Part shown: in pieces, positions 19,732 to 29,786 of the stretch
Layout: each line of letters opens with the position of its first letter
Position numbering within the stretch: the first letter of the stretch is position 1
Assembly (NCBI GenBank): GCA_947646115.1
Contig: CANSFH010000005.1
Span: forward strand, 1-58,866
Direction of reading: 5' to 3'
DNA from: an uncultured Mycoplasma sp.
Lineage (GTDB): Bacteria > Bacillota_I > Bacilli_A > RF39 > UBA660
DNA: 58,866 nt
Position numbers and translations under genes: made by a program
Notes under the pieces: generated by a model
Databases searched by the model: none
The model's input: only the letters and a program-made list of their open reading frames with translations
What the model was told of the DNA's origin: nothing

Positions 19732-21007
19732 TTTGTTCCTTCCCCTCTAAAACAAAAGATATATTAGGCTTTATTTTACTAGCCACTTTAACTATTTCTT
19801 CTTTCGTAATATCTTTTATTAACTTTACTCTTTCTTCTATTAAAGGTAAATCATCAAATACATTAAAAACATAATTATTTAAAATACCTGCCGGATTGTC
19901 CATTGCTAAATTAAGTGAAAAAATAAAATTCTCTTTAGCATAATTAAGTTCTTCTTCACTAAATTTGCCTTCTTTCATTTCTCTAAAAGCCTCTTTAATT
20001 AATTTATTAGCCTTATTTAAATCTTTTTTACTAATTGAAGTTTGAATTATTAACAAATTATCATATTTTAAATACATGCTTTTTATCCCATAGCAAAGAG
20101 AATTCTTTTCTCTTAAAAGTTGATATAATTTAGTATTAAGACCTCCCCCTCCTAATAAATAATTATAAAAATGCATAGTTGTTAATTGTTCTTTTCGTGT
20201 CATATTTTCTAAACTATAAACATTAACCAAATTAGTTTCTAAAAATTTAGAACCTTCATTAACATTTTTTACTTTTTTAGGAGCATCATTATGAACATAA
20301 AAGAGAAACTCTTTTGTTTTAATAACAGGATTTTTAAAATATTTAAAAATTATGTTAGCAACATTATCCATATCCACATTACCAACAATAAATATATCAC
20401 ATACATTTTTTTCTATTAATTCTTGATAAGCTTCTGCTAATTTTTTAGGTGTAATTTCTTCTAGTTCCGGAATTGAACCTAAAAGATTCCCTCTTGTTGG
20501 TGATTTCTCATCTAAATTACTCAAAGCTTTCTTAAGAGCCACTCTATTAATATCTTCGTTAACACTTAAAATTTCATCATTAAGTCTATTTTTTACAATA
20601 CTAAAATTTTTAATATCAAATTCTTTTGCAGTTATAAAAGGATTTAAAATCATATCTATCGGTAATTTAATAACTTCCTCTAAATATTCTTTACTATTAA
20701 CATAACTAGGATTTAAAAAACTAAGTACAAAGGAAGTCATAACTACATTACCTATTTTATTAGTTACACCATAAAAACTAGCTTGATAAAGTTCCTCTAA
20801 TTTTTTAACAACTTCTTTACGTGATTTATATTCACTAGAACAATCCGTCATAATATCTGCTAAAAAAGTTTTAATAAGTAAATTATCTTTCTTAACTTCA
20901 TCTCTAAATATTATTTCCATTTGCACAGTTTTAAATCTATTAGTTTTAACAGTATATAAATTGAAAGAAGGATATTCATATTTTTTATATTCCATAATAT
21001 TGTTCAC
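19718..21007 (-). CDS. M16 family inactive subunit (YmfF-like)
   Basis: TNRFKT and KLYQLLREKNSLCY motifs; no HxxEH; paired with the YmfH-like gene. Confidence 0.85.
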   Translation of the reverse strand: MNNIMEYKKYEYPSFNLYTVKTNRFKTVQMEIIFRDEVKKDNLLIKTFLADIMTDCSSEYKSRKEVVKKLEELYQASFYGVTNKIGNVVMTSFVLSFLNPSYVNSKEYLEEVIKLPIDMILNPFITAKEFDIKNFSIVKNRLNDEILSVNEDINRVALKKALSNLDEKSPTRGNLLGSIPELEEITPKKLAEAYQELIEKNVCDIFIVGNVDMDNVANIIFKYFKNPVIKTKEFLFYVHNDAPKKVKNVNEGSKFLETNLVNVYSLENMTRKEQLTTMHFYNYLLGGGGLNTKLYQLLREKNSLCYGIKSMYLKYDNLLIIQTSISKKDLNKANKLIKEAFREMKEGKFSEEELNYAKENFIFSLNLAMDNPAGILNNYVFNVFDDLPLIEERVKLIKDITKEEIVKVASKIKPNISFVLEGKEQNGEN

Positions 21008-21066
21008 CCTTTTGTTATTATATCACAAATTACCAAATTTATTAAATATTTACTAATTATCTTCAA

Positions 21067-21106
21067 AATACAATTGTTTGACAATCATTTGTTTTTTTGA
21101 TATTAT
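21067..21106 (+). promoter_or_regulatory. lexA promoter with two degenerate SOS-like boxes
   Basis: TTGACA(21078)-17-TATTAT; AATACAATTGTTTG and CAATCATTTGTTTT overlap the -35 as at recA. Confidence 0.6.
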
Positions 21107-21126
21107 ATTAATGGAGGTAAATACTT

Positions 21127-21756
21127 ATGGAAAATAAATTAAAAGAAATTACTGAAAAGCAAAATAATGTTTTAGATTTTATTAAAAAATTTACTGCTAC
21201 CCACGGATATCCCCCTTCAATTAGAGAAATAGGAAAAGGATTAGGTCTTTCCAGTCCTGCGACTGTTCATACTCATGTAAAAAAGCTTTGTAACGCTGGT
21301 TATATTAAAGTTGATAATAACAAATTTAGAGCTATGGAAATTCTTGTTGATAATGAATATGAGGATAAAAGTGAAGAACTAGTTAAAGTTCCTCTACTTG
21401 GTAAAGTAACTGCTGGAAGTCCTATTGAAGCTATCGAAAGACCTAACGAATTCTTTTCTCTACCTGCTTCATTAATACCATCAAAAGAAACAATATTCAC
21501 TTTAAATGTTAGTGGTGAATCTATGATTAATGCTGGCATATTTGATGGAGATATAATTATTGTTCAAAAACAAAGTACAGCTAAAAATGGTGAAATGGTC
21601 GTAGCTATGACTGATAACAATGAAGTAACATTAAAGACATATTATAAAGAAAATGGTCATTTTCGTTTACAACCTGAAAATGATACTATGTCACCAATCA
21701 TTTTAGACAATGTAACCATTTTAGGGAAAGCAATAGGATTATATCGTAAGTTTTAA
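21127..21756 (+). CDS. lexA: SOS repressor LexA
   Basis: GYPPSIREI, VTAG cleavage site, GESM and TLK catalytic motifs. Confidence 0.97.
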   Translation: MENKLKEITEKQNNVLDFIKKFTATHGYPPSIREIGKGLGLSSPATVHTHVKKLCNAGYIKVDNNKFRAMEILVDNEYEDKSEELVKVPLLGKVTAGSPIEAIERPNEFFSLPASLIPSKETIFTLNVSGESMINAGIFDGDIIIVQKQSTAKNGEMVVAMTDNNEVTLKTYYKENGHFRLQPENDTMSPIILDNVTILGKAIGLYRKF

Positions 21757-21780
21757 AAAAGACATTCGCATGTCTTTTTT
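21755..21780. terminator. Bidirectional terminator
   Basis: AAAAAGACAT-TCGC-ATGTCTTTTT. Confidence 0.75.
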
Positions 21781-23089
21781 AGTTATTAATACAAAATACT
21801 GCATAAAGTGGAACAGATTTAATCTTTTTAACTTTATCAAAGCCAAAATTTCGAGTACTAATTCTAATTCCATATTTAGGATTAAATTTCTTCATAAAAA
21901 CTCCCAAACTTTTAGATTGAACAGAATCTCCTGCTTTTACTTCTACTGGAATGATTCCATCATTAGTGTATATTAAAAAGTCAATCTCTGCTTTACCATC
22001 ACTTTGCCAATAATAAAGCGAAAATCCATTACTAACTAACTCTGTAGCTACATAATTCTCAGCAATAAACCCTTTATATAATGAAATATTATCATTTAAA
22101 ATATCGTATTGTTTAATTTCAAGTAAACTACTTAATATACCAATATCATTTAAATATAATTTAAATGTTTCTGGTTTAACAAATCCTTTAAGTGGAATTT
22201 CAGGAGTAGATACTAAATTTGACTTTACCACAATATTACTCGCTTCCAACCAATCTATTGCTGTATCATAGTCTCTAGATTTAGCTCCACTAATAATCTT
22301 GGAATATTGAAACTTATTAGATTCATTTCCTAATTGAGCTGGAACCGAATTATAAGTTCTTTCTATTTTTAAAGCTTCTCCATTATTAAAAACATATTTA
22401 TCCATATCCTTAAAATAGGAACTAACAATATCAGGAATTATACTATTATCATAATTTATAACATCATTTTTTACATTAATCATATTTTTAACCGACTCTG
22501 GCATTCCACCCGTAATTTGATATATTCTATATAATCTCAAAGCTTTATCATGAACAGGCTCAAGTAAAGGTTTGTTTTTTTGATAACTCTTTTTAATTTC
22601 AGTTATTAACAATTCTTGACTTTGGGCAATTAAAAATTCTTCAAAATCCATTGGATACAAATTAATCATTTTTACTTTGCCAACTGGAAAAGATGATTTA
22701 AATCTTTTTAATTTAACTCCAAGTAATGATCCTGCACATATAATTCTGACATTATTATGTTTTTCACAAAAATATTTTAATTCTGATATTAACTTTTCTG
22801 ATTCTTGTATTTCATCAATAAAAAGAATTGTATTTTCTTTTTCGATATCAAAATCAAGTAAAACTTTAAGTTGTATATATTTTTCATCTGAATTAATCAT
22901 TGATTCATACAATTTAACAACTTCTTTATCTTCTAATAAATTTATATGAACATAATTTTGAAATTCATTGCGACAAAATTCATCTATAATATAAGTTTTT
23001 CCTACTTGTCTTGCTCCAAGAACCATTAGAGGCTTAGCTTCATAATTATTTTTCCAATTTAATAAATCCTGATATATTTTTCTTTTCAT
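21779..23089 (-). CDS. AAA_14 ATPase with DUF4143 / PD-(D/E)xK C-terminus
   Basis: GARQVGKT, FIDEIQ, GGMPE, EIDF...PVEVK motifs. Confidence 0.9.
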   Translation of the reverse strand: MKRKIYQDLLNWKNNYEAKPLMVLGARQVGKTYIIDEFCRNEFQNYVHINLLEDKEVVKLYESMINSDEKYIQLKVLLDFDIEKENTILFIDEIQESEKLISELKYFCEKHNNVRIICAGSLLGVKLKRFKSSFPVGKVKMINLYPMDFEEFLIAQSQELLITEIKKSYQKNKPLLEPVHDKALRLYRIYQITGGMPESVKNMINVKNDVINYDNSIIPDIVSSYFKDMDKYVFNNGEALKIERTYNSVPAQLGNESNKFQYSKIISGAKSRDYDTAIDWLEASNIVVKSNLVSTPEIPLKGFVKPETFKLYLNDIGILSSLLEIKQYDILNDNISLYKGFIAENYVATELVSNGFSLYYWQSDGKAEIDFLIYTNDGIIPVEVKAGDSVQSKSLGVFMKKFNPKYGIRISTRNFGFDKVKKIKSVPLYAVFCINN

Positions 23090-23143
23090 TAATATCACCT
23101 ACAATATAATTATATAATAATTATGCTTACTAATCAACAAAAA

Positions 23144-23232
23144 ACACCTTTTAGGAACGACTTTCTGCATATTTTCACACCTTTTTAGAACAACTTTTTT
23201 GAAAAATATACACTTTTTTATAACGACTTTCT
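23144..23232. repeat. Three 23-bp direct repeats at a 33-bp period
   Basis: ACACCTTTTAGGAACGACTTTCT / ACACCTTTTTAGAACAACTTTTT / ACACTTTTTTATAACGACTTTCT at 23144, 23177, 23210. Confidence 0.75.
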
Positions 23233-25407
23233 AATTTCTTCAACAATTTTCTTAATTAAATTAGCCTTTTCATCAAACAATTCTAACCTAAAAACATTTA
23301 CACCCGCTATTTTTAATTCCTCTATTTTATCTGTTAAATCAATAGGATTATTACTCATTAAATGGGTATATTTATCACTTATAATTGGAAATCTTCTTTG
23401 CCTTATATCTGATAATTCATATTTTTTATTTTGCTTAAACTTCATTACTTTAGCCATATTATATTTCATAATCATATATTCTATTCTACCATACACTATA
23501 AATTCAAATAAGTTAGCATTAGAATTAGTTGCAATTAATTTAATTCTATCAATACTTAATTCAGGACTTAAAGTTATTTTCTTAACCCCTAAACTAGTTA
23601 AATAATTAACATAGCTACTATTAACAACATTTAAATAATAATCTGTACTAACTAGATTATTTTTTATATATTTTAAACTTCCAGTCTCACCAATTAATAA
23701 CTCATATCCTTTATAATCAGCAAAACTATTTTTAACTCGATCAAGTCTTAAAATAACTCCTTTATCCCTATATTTATTATATAGTTCTTCACTAGTTACA
23801 TAAATAAAATCTACATTTAATTCTAGTAAAATATTTACTTGTTCTTCACTTCTAGCAAGTGCACTTATATAATAATCATTTGATGCTTTTTGAATTTTAG
23901 TAAAATCATTTATTTGAAGTTTAATATTTCTATTTACCGAAGTTCTTTTCTTTATTAATTCATCTACTAATTTTCTTCTTACTTCATTTAAAACTCCTAC
24001 TGGAATAAAAATATTATTATCTATATCACAATCTATATCCATCAATTTAAAAGGCGTATTACCAAGTTTAGCTAATATATCTTTTATTCGTTCTTTACTT
24101 ATCGGACTACTTTTAGCTTCATCCACAATAGTACCTATATATTCAACCTGATTTTTACCATCACTATAACTAACATAAAGATTATCACCTAATTTAGCTT
24201 TAATTATACATTTAAGATTAATCTTCTTTTCTAAAGTTTTATTTAGTTCACTTATTAACTTACTATTAATAGTTAAACTTACACTTCCCATATCAATTAA
24301 ATCTACTTTATTATCTAAATAAATAACTTCTTTAGATGTAGCACTATTAATTAACATCATTTTACTATTATACAAAAAATTTACATACATTCCTTTATTA
24401 TTTGGAAGTCTAACCGCATCTCCTTGATTAATACTATGACTTAACTTAATTTTTATTTTGTCTTTATTAATACCTATAACTTCTCCAATCGGTACTCCTA
24501 AATGATTAGATGAATTAAGACTTATAAAATCTTCATCACTTATATTAAATAAGTAACCTTTTGTAAAATCTCTATTATATAAACTTTTTAAATTAAATAT
24601 TTCTTCTTCACTTAACTTATAATTATCATTATCTAATAGTTTTCGATATATTCTCGTAACATATCCCACATATTCTGGACTTTTCATCCTTCCCTCAATT
24701 TTAAAACTATAAGCCTTACTTTTCTTTAATTCCTCCACATAGCTAGTAGTATTAAATTCCTTGGGGCTTAATAAATATTTATCCTTTAAAATAGTTTTAT
24801 TATCTTCTACCAAATTATAAGAACATCTGCAAAGTCCTGCACATTCTCCCCGATTACCACTTCTATTTAATACACCACTTGAAAGTAAGCACTCTCCTGA
24901 ATAACTAATACATAAAGCTCCATGAATAAATATTTCAAGTTCCATATCCGTATCTAGTGCATTTATTTCCAAAATACTCATTTCTCTAGCTAATACTACT
25001 CGCTTAACTCCTAGAGTTTCTAAAAACTTTATTTGCTCAATATTATGTGTATGAGCTTGTGTAGATGCATGTATTTCCATATCAGGAAAATACTTTCTTA
25101 TCAATCTTATTAATCCTATATCTTGAACTATTATAGCATCAACACCAATATTATATAAATATTCTATATATTTTAAACAATCATTAATTTCATCTTCATA
25201 AATAATCGTATTAACTGTTACATAAATTTTAACTCCATATAAATGAGCATATGAAACAGCTTCTTTAAGTTCTTCTAAAGAAAAATTATTAGCAAACTTT
25301 CTCGCTCCAAAACTTTTACCAGAGAGATATACCGCATCAGCTCCATTATGTATTGCCGCTTTTAAAGAAGCAAAATCTCCTGCTGGAGCAAGTAATTCTT
25401 TTTTCAT
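23218..25407 (-). CDS. U32 family protein (RlhA-like RNA hydroxylation) with DUF3656
   Basis: ELLAPAG, HASTQ, HGALCISYSG.C, NRGECAGLCR, KIEGRMK motifs. Confidence 0.9.
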   Translation of the reverse strand: MKKELLAPAGDFASLKAAIHNGADAVYLSGKSFGARKFANNFSLEELKEAVSYAHLYGVKIYVTVNTIIYEDEINDCLKYIEYLYNIGVDAIIVQDIGLIRLIRKYFPDMEIHASTQAHTHNIEQIKFLETLGVKRVVLAREMSILEINALDTDMELEIFIHGALCISYSGECLLSSGVLNRSGNRGECAGLCRCSYNLVEDNKTILKDKYLLSPKEFNTTSYVEELKKSKAYSFKIEGRMKSPEYVGYVTRIYRKLLDNDNYKLSEEEIFNLKSLYNRDFTKGYLFNISDEDFISLNSSNHLGVPIGEVIGINKDKIKIKLSHSINQGDAVRLPNNKGMYVNFLYNSKMMLINSATSKEVIYLDNKVDLIDMGSVSLTINSKLISELNKTLEKKINLKCIIKAKLGDNLYVSYSDGKNQVEYIGTIVDEAKSSPISKERIKDILAKLGNTPFKLMDIDCDIDNNIFIPVGVLNEVRRKLVDELIKKRTSVNRNIKLQINDFTKIQKASNDYYISALARSEEQVNILLELNVDFIYVTSEELYNKYRDKGVILRLDRVKNSFADYKGYELLIGETGSLKYIKNNLVSTDYYLNVVNSSYVNYLTSLGVKKITLSPELSIDRIKLIATNSNANLFEFIVYGRIEYMIMKYNMAKVMKFKQNKKYELSDIRQRRFPIISDKYTHLMSNNPIDLTDKIEELKIAGVNVFRLELFDEKANLIKKIVEEIRKSL

Positions 25408-25478
25408 AAAATCACCAACAAAATTATTATAACACACAAAAAGTGAAGAATAAATCTCCACTTAAATATTTATATTTG

Positions 25479-26744
25479 CTACTCAACTACATAAGGGTCA
25501 GAGGCTGTTCCTGTTCCTGTCATTGCTACATCAGCTTTCAGATTTATTACTGGGCGCACACCATGTTCAGGAGTTGGAGCATAGTTTCTAATACTACCAT
25601 CTGAATGAATAACGAACACGTATGCATACGCATTATAATTAAAGTGATGCGGTGACAAATTCCAATAGGATTGACCTGTATATAAGTAATAACTTTTATT
25701 AGTTGTTAACCATAATCCTCCTGCCATAGAAACTTCATCAGCTGTTATTAAGCCTATTGGGTAGGTTAAGCTTTTATTTCCTTTTGTAGAACTAGTCATA
25801 GTATAAAAATCCTCTGTTGGACATGTTAATACTGGAACTTTATTTGTTTTTAATCTTATATATGCTCCATAGTATGTTATGTTTGTTCCTATTCCTCCTG
25901 ATCCTGAATTTTGTATTTCTGTTTCACTAGTACTTGGTGTTCTATCTCCACAGAATCCTGCATTAGTATCTATTTTATCTGAATAACTTTCTAAATTTGT
26001 TCTATACCATGCATTTAATTTTTTCAATATTGTTGATTCTGATCTTGTTCCATGTACTTCTCCATTTGTATATCTGAATCCTACATACATGTTATTGTTA
26101 AGCGAAGTATTAAATGCACTAATTTCTAATGTTAATTCTGAACCATTTTCTCTCGCTGTTTCTCCATCATATATCATTCTTATTGTTCCATCGCCATTAA
26201 TCCTGATTATTCGCCAGAATTTATCTGCAAATTTTACATAATTATTAGTTACTGCTCCTCTATAGTAGTATGCATCTCCATCATCATCTTTTGCTTTAAA
26301 TACACCTTCATCTGTATCAGCTATTTGACTAAAATCTGGTGTTCCTTCATTTACTGTTATATTTCCTAGTATAGTTGTTGATGCACCAACTACTTTTTTA
26401 TTAAAATAAATATAGCATTTACTATCTTTTTCTAATCCTGTAATTATATGATTGCCTTTATCATCAGTATACATTTTATTATATACTTTATTTATATTAT
26501 CTGTGGTACAATAACTTTTTTCTTTATTTATCTCATATCCTGATTCAGGCATTGTAGTTATTTCTTCATCACCATTACCGTCATTTTTATACATAGCTAA
26601 TGATTTAAAGTTTTGCTTATAATTAATACTATCACTTATAATATTTTCATTATTAATTTCTTTATAGTTAGTTTTAGCTACTACTAGAAGTAAAAAGCCT
26701 GCTGTTAATATAAACACTAATTTCTTTTTATTCATTTTTACCAT
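25479..26744 (-). CDS. Surface protein with C-terminal CLec-like domain; paralog of 156..1382
   Basis: Shares YYYRGAV, WRIIRINGDG, CGDRTPSTS, KGNKSLTYPIGLITADE and GVRPVINL with the first copy. Confidence 0.75.
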   Translation of the reverse strand: MVKMNKKKLVFILTAGFLLLVVAKTNYKEINNENIISDSINYKQNFKSLAMYKNDGNGDEEITTMPESGYEINKEKSYCTTDNINKVYNKMYTDDKGNHIITGLEKDSKCYIYFNKKVVGASTTILGNITVNEGTPDFSQIADTDEGVFKAKDDDGDAYYYRGAVTNNYVKFADKFWRIIRINGDGTIRMIYDGETARENGSELTLEISAFNTSLNNNMYVGFRYTNGEVHGTRSESTILKKLNAWYRTNLESYSDKIDTNAGFCGDRTPSTSETEIQNSGSGGIGTNITYYGAYIRLKTNKVPVLTCPTEDFYTMTSSTKGNKSLTYPIGLITADEVSMAGGLWLTTNKSYYLYTGQSYWNLSPHHFNYNAYAYVFVIHSDGSIRNYAPTPEHGVRPVINLKADVAMTGTGTASDPYVVE

Positions 26745-26784
26745 TCCTTTATTTTAACATTCTACTACTTTTAAATATCAAGTT

Positions 26785-26912
26785 CATTAAGTTCGACATA
26801 TGTTGTCAAAACTTCTTATCTTTTTTGTATTACACATTGCATTATCTATGATATATTTCTACTATACAATATTATTGATAATTGTTCAAGACCTTTTTCA
26901 ATATTTCAGTCA
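26785..26912. promoter_or_regulatory. Conserved upstream block shared with 1431..1551
   Basis: TTCGACA(26792)-N5-TGTCAAA; shared TCTATGATATATTTCTA, TATACAATATTATTGATA and TTTTTCAATATTTCAGTCA. Confidence 0.6.
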
Positions 26913-26961
26913 TTTTATTTTCAAGCACTTAATATCATGTGATAATTCTCTTGGTGGTAGT

Positions 26962-27440
26962 ATGAATTACAAAGATCAAATGAAAAGAATTCGTGATTAT
27001 AATGGTTTAAGTCAAAAAAATGTTGCTGAAATACTTCATATAGCTCGCAGTACCTATAACCAATTTGAACAGCAATATGATATTATCCCTTTAAAACATT
27101 TAAATAATTTTTGTAATCATTTTAAAATATCTGTTGACTATGTATTTAACTTAACTTTAGAAAAAAATATGTTGATGAAATTGAAGAAATAAGTACTAAA
27201 GTATCTAGTAAAAGAATCAAAGAACTTAGAAAAGAAAATAAACTAACTCAAACTGAATTAGCAAAAAAGTTAAATATTGCTACAGGTATGTTATGTGAAT
27301 ACGAAAAAGGTCACTATCTTGTTAGTACTTCTACCTTATACTCTATAAGTAAAAGCTTTAATATATCATGCGATTATTTATTAGGCAAAACAAATAAAGT
27401 AAAATATTTAAAAACTGCAAAAGAATTAATTGGAAGTTAA
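26962..27440 (+). pseudogene. Double-HTH XRE family regulator frameshifted at an A7 tract
   Basis: HTH1 from ATG 26962 stops at 27192; adding one A at 27161-27167 continues into a second HTH (RIKELRKENKLTQTELAKKL...SCDYLLG) ending at TAA 27440. Confidence 0.75.
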
Positions 27441-27490
27441 TTCTTTTAATTTTAATCTCTTTCTGTTATACTAATTAAGAGGTGTCTTGA

Positions 27491-27976
27491 ATGAAAAATA
27501 AAGTTAAAGATTTAAATATTTTATATAATAAAAATATCAAAGTTGTTGGTGTTACATTTGATAATCATCCTAAAAATATAAAAAAAATAATTGATAATGG
27601 TATTTACTATAAAATGTTTAAAAAATATAAAGGACATAAAGATAAAGAAATCTTAAAAGAAAATAAAAATATTATTGAATTTAATAATGAAGAATTAAGT
27701 GATTGTTTATTAGAAGCTTATAAGTATAATAATGAAGATGCTATTAAAGTTTTAATTAATGATTTTGAAGATGATTATTTAGAAGTTGGTAATATTCCTA
27801 AAGAGGAAGTACCCGAACTTCTTCATTATTTAAAAGAAAAAAATAATCTAATTATAAATGCTTATTTAACAGGCGGTAACTTAAAAATTATTAAAGAAGG
27901 TCCCAAAAAAGATTATGTTGAAACTGAAAAATTAAACATTGGAATTTCTCTAGATATTATCGTAAAAGAGAAATAA
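27491..27976 (+). CDS. HIRAN-like domain protein
   Basis: KVVGVTF...DAIKV...VGNIPKE pattern. Confidence 0.6.
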   Translation: MKNKVKDLNILYNKNIKVVGVTFDNHPKNIKKIIDNGIYYKMFKKYKGHKDKEILKENKNIIEFNNEELSDCLLEAYKYNNEDAIKVLINDFEDDYLEVGNIPKEEVPELLHYLKEKNNLIINAYLTGGNLKIIKEGPKKDYVETEKLNIGISLDIIVKEK

Positions 27977-28059
27977 TAATGTTTTTTTAATTATTCCTAC
28001 AGAATCTTATTAATCATAAAAAAAGTAAATCTATCATAGACTTACTTAAAATATTTTTA

Positions 28060-28743
28060 TTATTTAATAATTGATTTTAAAAGATTAATAAATTCTTTTT
28101 CACTTACATTATATGTTTCAATATCGATAAATAAATTATTATATTTAAAACTAGCAAATAACAACTCTTCATATTTATAAATCGTCAGCTCTAAATTATT
28201 TATAACAGATGTTTTCCCTTCTTCAAATAAATAATCTCGAACAGGCTTATCTAAATCAAAATAATTAATATCAATATGCTTATTTCCTTTTGTAAATGCT
28301 TTCGTATATTGCCTTAATTTATCATAATTATTTCCATCAGTATTACTTTTAACAAAAAGCATATAATTATTTTCTGTAAAACCATTTGGTATATCTAAAT
28401 TAGCAAATACTTCATAATAAGGAATATTAAAATAATTAGTCACTGGCTCAAATTTTCCATCAATTCTTAAAGCCCCCATATATTCACTTACTTCATTAAT
28501 TTTAATACTATCTTTTATTTTATTACTTTCTTGATTTTTATTCAAAGTTTCTTTTAAAATATTACCATTACCTTTTAAACTTACAAAACCACATATTAAT
28601 AATACACATAAAGGTATAAAAGCTAATTTAAAATATTTTACTTTATTTTCTCCTTTTTCTATTTTATTCATTATATTTTGATAATTTTTTTCTTTATTAA
28701 TCTTTTTCTCATACATTTTTTTAAAATTATTTTTATTTATCAT
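28060..28743 (-). CDS. Probable anti-sigma factor (single TM)
   Basis: Overlaps the ECF sigma gene; short cytoplasmic N-terminus, TM, external domain. Confidence 0.6.
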   Translation of the reverse strand: MINKNNFKKMYEKKINKEKNYQNIMNKIEKGENKVKYFKLAFIPLCVLLICGFVSLKGNGNILKETLNKNQESNKIKDSIKINEVSEYMGALRIDGKFEPVTNYFNIPYYEVFANLDIPNGFTENNYMLFVKSNTDGNNYDKLRQYTKAFTKGNKHIDINYFDLDKPVRDYLFEEGKTSVINNLELTIYKYEELLFASFKYNNLFIDIETYNVSEKEFINLLKSIIK

Positions 28744-29275
28744 TTTTGCTCCTTCCCAATAAATTTTGTAACTCTCTTAAAGTACGATACAAATTATTTT
28801 TTATATATGATTCACTTTTATTTAATGAACTTGCTATTTCTTTAATCGTAAAGTCCATACTGTAATATAAATAAAATATTTTTTGAACTACTATTTTTTT
28901 CTTCTTTAAAAAACTCCAAATAATTTCTAAATCATTATCTTCCATAATCATATTTTCAACATTAATATTACTTGGAATATTATCCATAAATTCTTCATCA
29001 TTAATATTTTCATTATTTAAAGATAAAATTTTAAACTTATATCTAAAACGATAATATTTTTTTACTTTATTTTTAGCAATCCCTACTATATAAGCATCAA
29101 TATTTTGAATATTTTCAATATCATTTATTTTCTTATAAACTTCTAAATATATTTCTTGAATAATATCATTTACATCACTTATATTAGAACATTCACATAA
29201 AACACATTTTAAAATATTATTATAAGTTTCATCATATATCTTATTAAATTTTTTAAGGTTTATTTGATTAATCAT
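28733..29275 (-). CDS. ECF RNA polymerase sigma factor
   Basis: DIIQEIYL region 2; TIKEIA...SESYIKNNLYR region 4. Confidence 0.88.
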   Translation of the reverse strand: MINQINLKKFNKIYDETYNNILKCVLCECSNISDVNDIIQEIYLEVYKKINDIENIQNIDAYIVGIAKNKVKKYYRFRYKFKILSLNNENINDEEFMDNIPSNINVENMIMEDNDLEIIWSFLKKKKIVVQKIFYLYYSMDFTIKEIASSLNKSESYIKNNLYRTLRELQNLLGRSKNDK

Positions 29276-29374
29276 TTTTACACCTCACTATTATAGTTCC
29301 ACAAATTAGAGAAAAAGTTTCAAAAAATAAAAAAAACAAATTTTAATTTAGCCTATCTTAAAATTTGTTGTTTT

Positions 29375-29740
29375 TTATTTCACTAACTTATAAGTGTTTT
29401 CACAATTTTTACAAGTAATTTCCATTTCATAATTAGCTACTTTTTTATCTAATATAGTAATTAAAGGTTCATTATCTTTAGGACAACAAAATCTATTTTT
29501 TATAATAACTAATTCATCATTACTGTTTTTTCCTATCTTACTATCTTCAAAATATAATAATGCCCTTCCATGACTACCACAATTACAAACATAATTAAGT
29601 TCTAACTTATCATAAGTAGAATAACACAAATAACCTACATTTTCATTACATTTATCGCAATACATCCAGCCTCCATAATTTGTTGCTAATCGTGTATTAA
29701 CCAATTCTTTCTTCTTTAATATTCTTGCCATATTTTTCAC
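29375..29740 (-). CDS. Cys-rich (zinc-ribbon-like) hypothetical protein
   Basis: CDKC, CNCG, CCPKD, CKNC motifs. Confidence 0.65.
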   Translation of the reverse strand: MKNMARILKKKELVNTRLATNYGGWMYCDKCNENVGYLCYSTYDKLELNYVCNCGSHGRALLYFEDSKIGKNSNDELVIIKNRFCCPKDNEPLITILDKKVANYEMEITCKNCENTYKLVK

Positions 29741-29786
29741 TATCTTCCATTATCTTCATCAACTATTTTAAATATCCGTAAAGAAA

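Noticed and set aside
23144-23232. CRISPR array
   Set aside because: Only three degenerate repeats, 10-bp spacers, no cas genes
26800-26961. N-terminal extension of the 130-aa ORF
   Set aside because: It is the conserved intergenic block; the GGTGGT RBS supports ATG 26962
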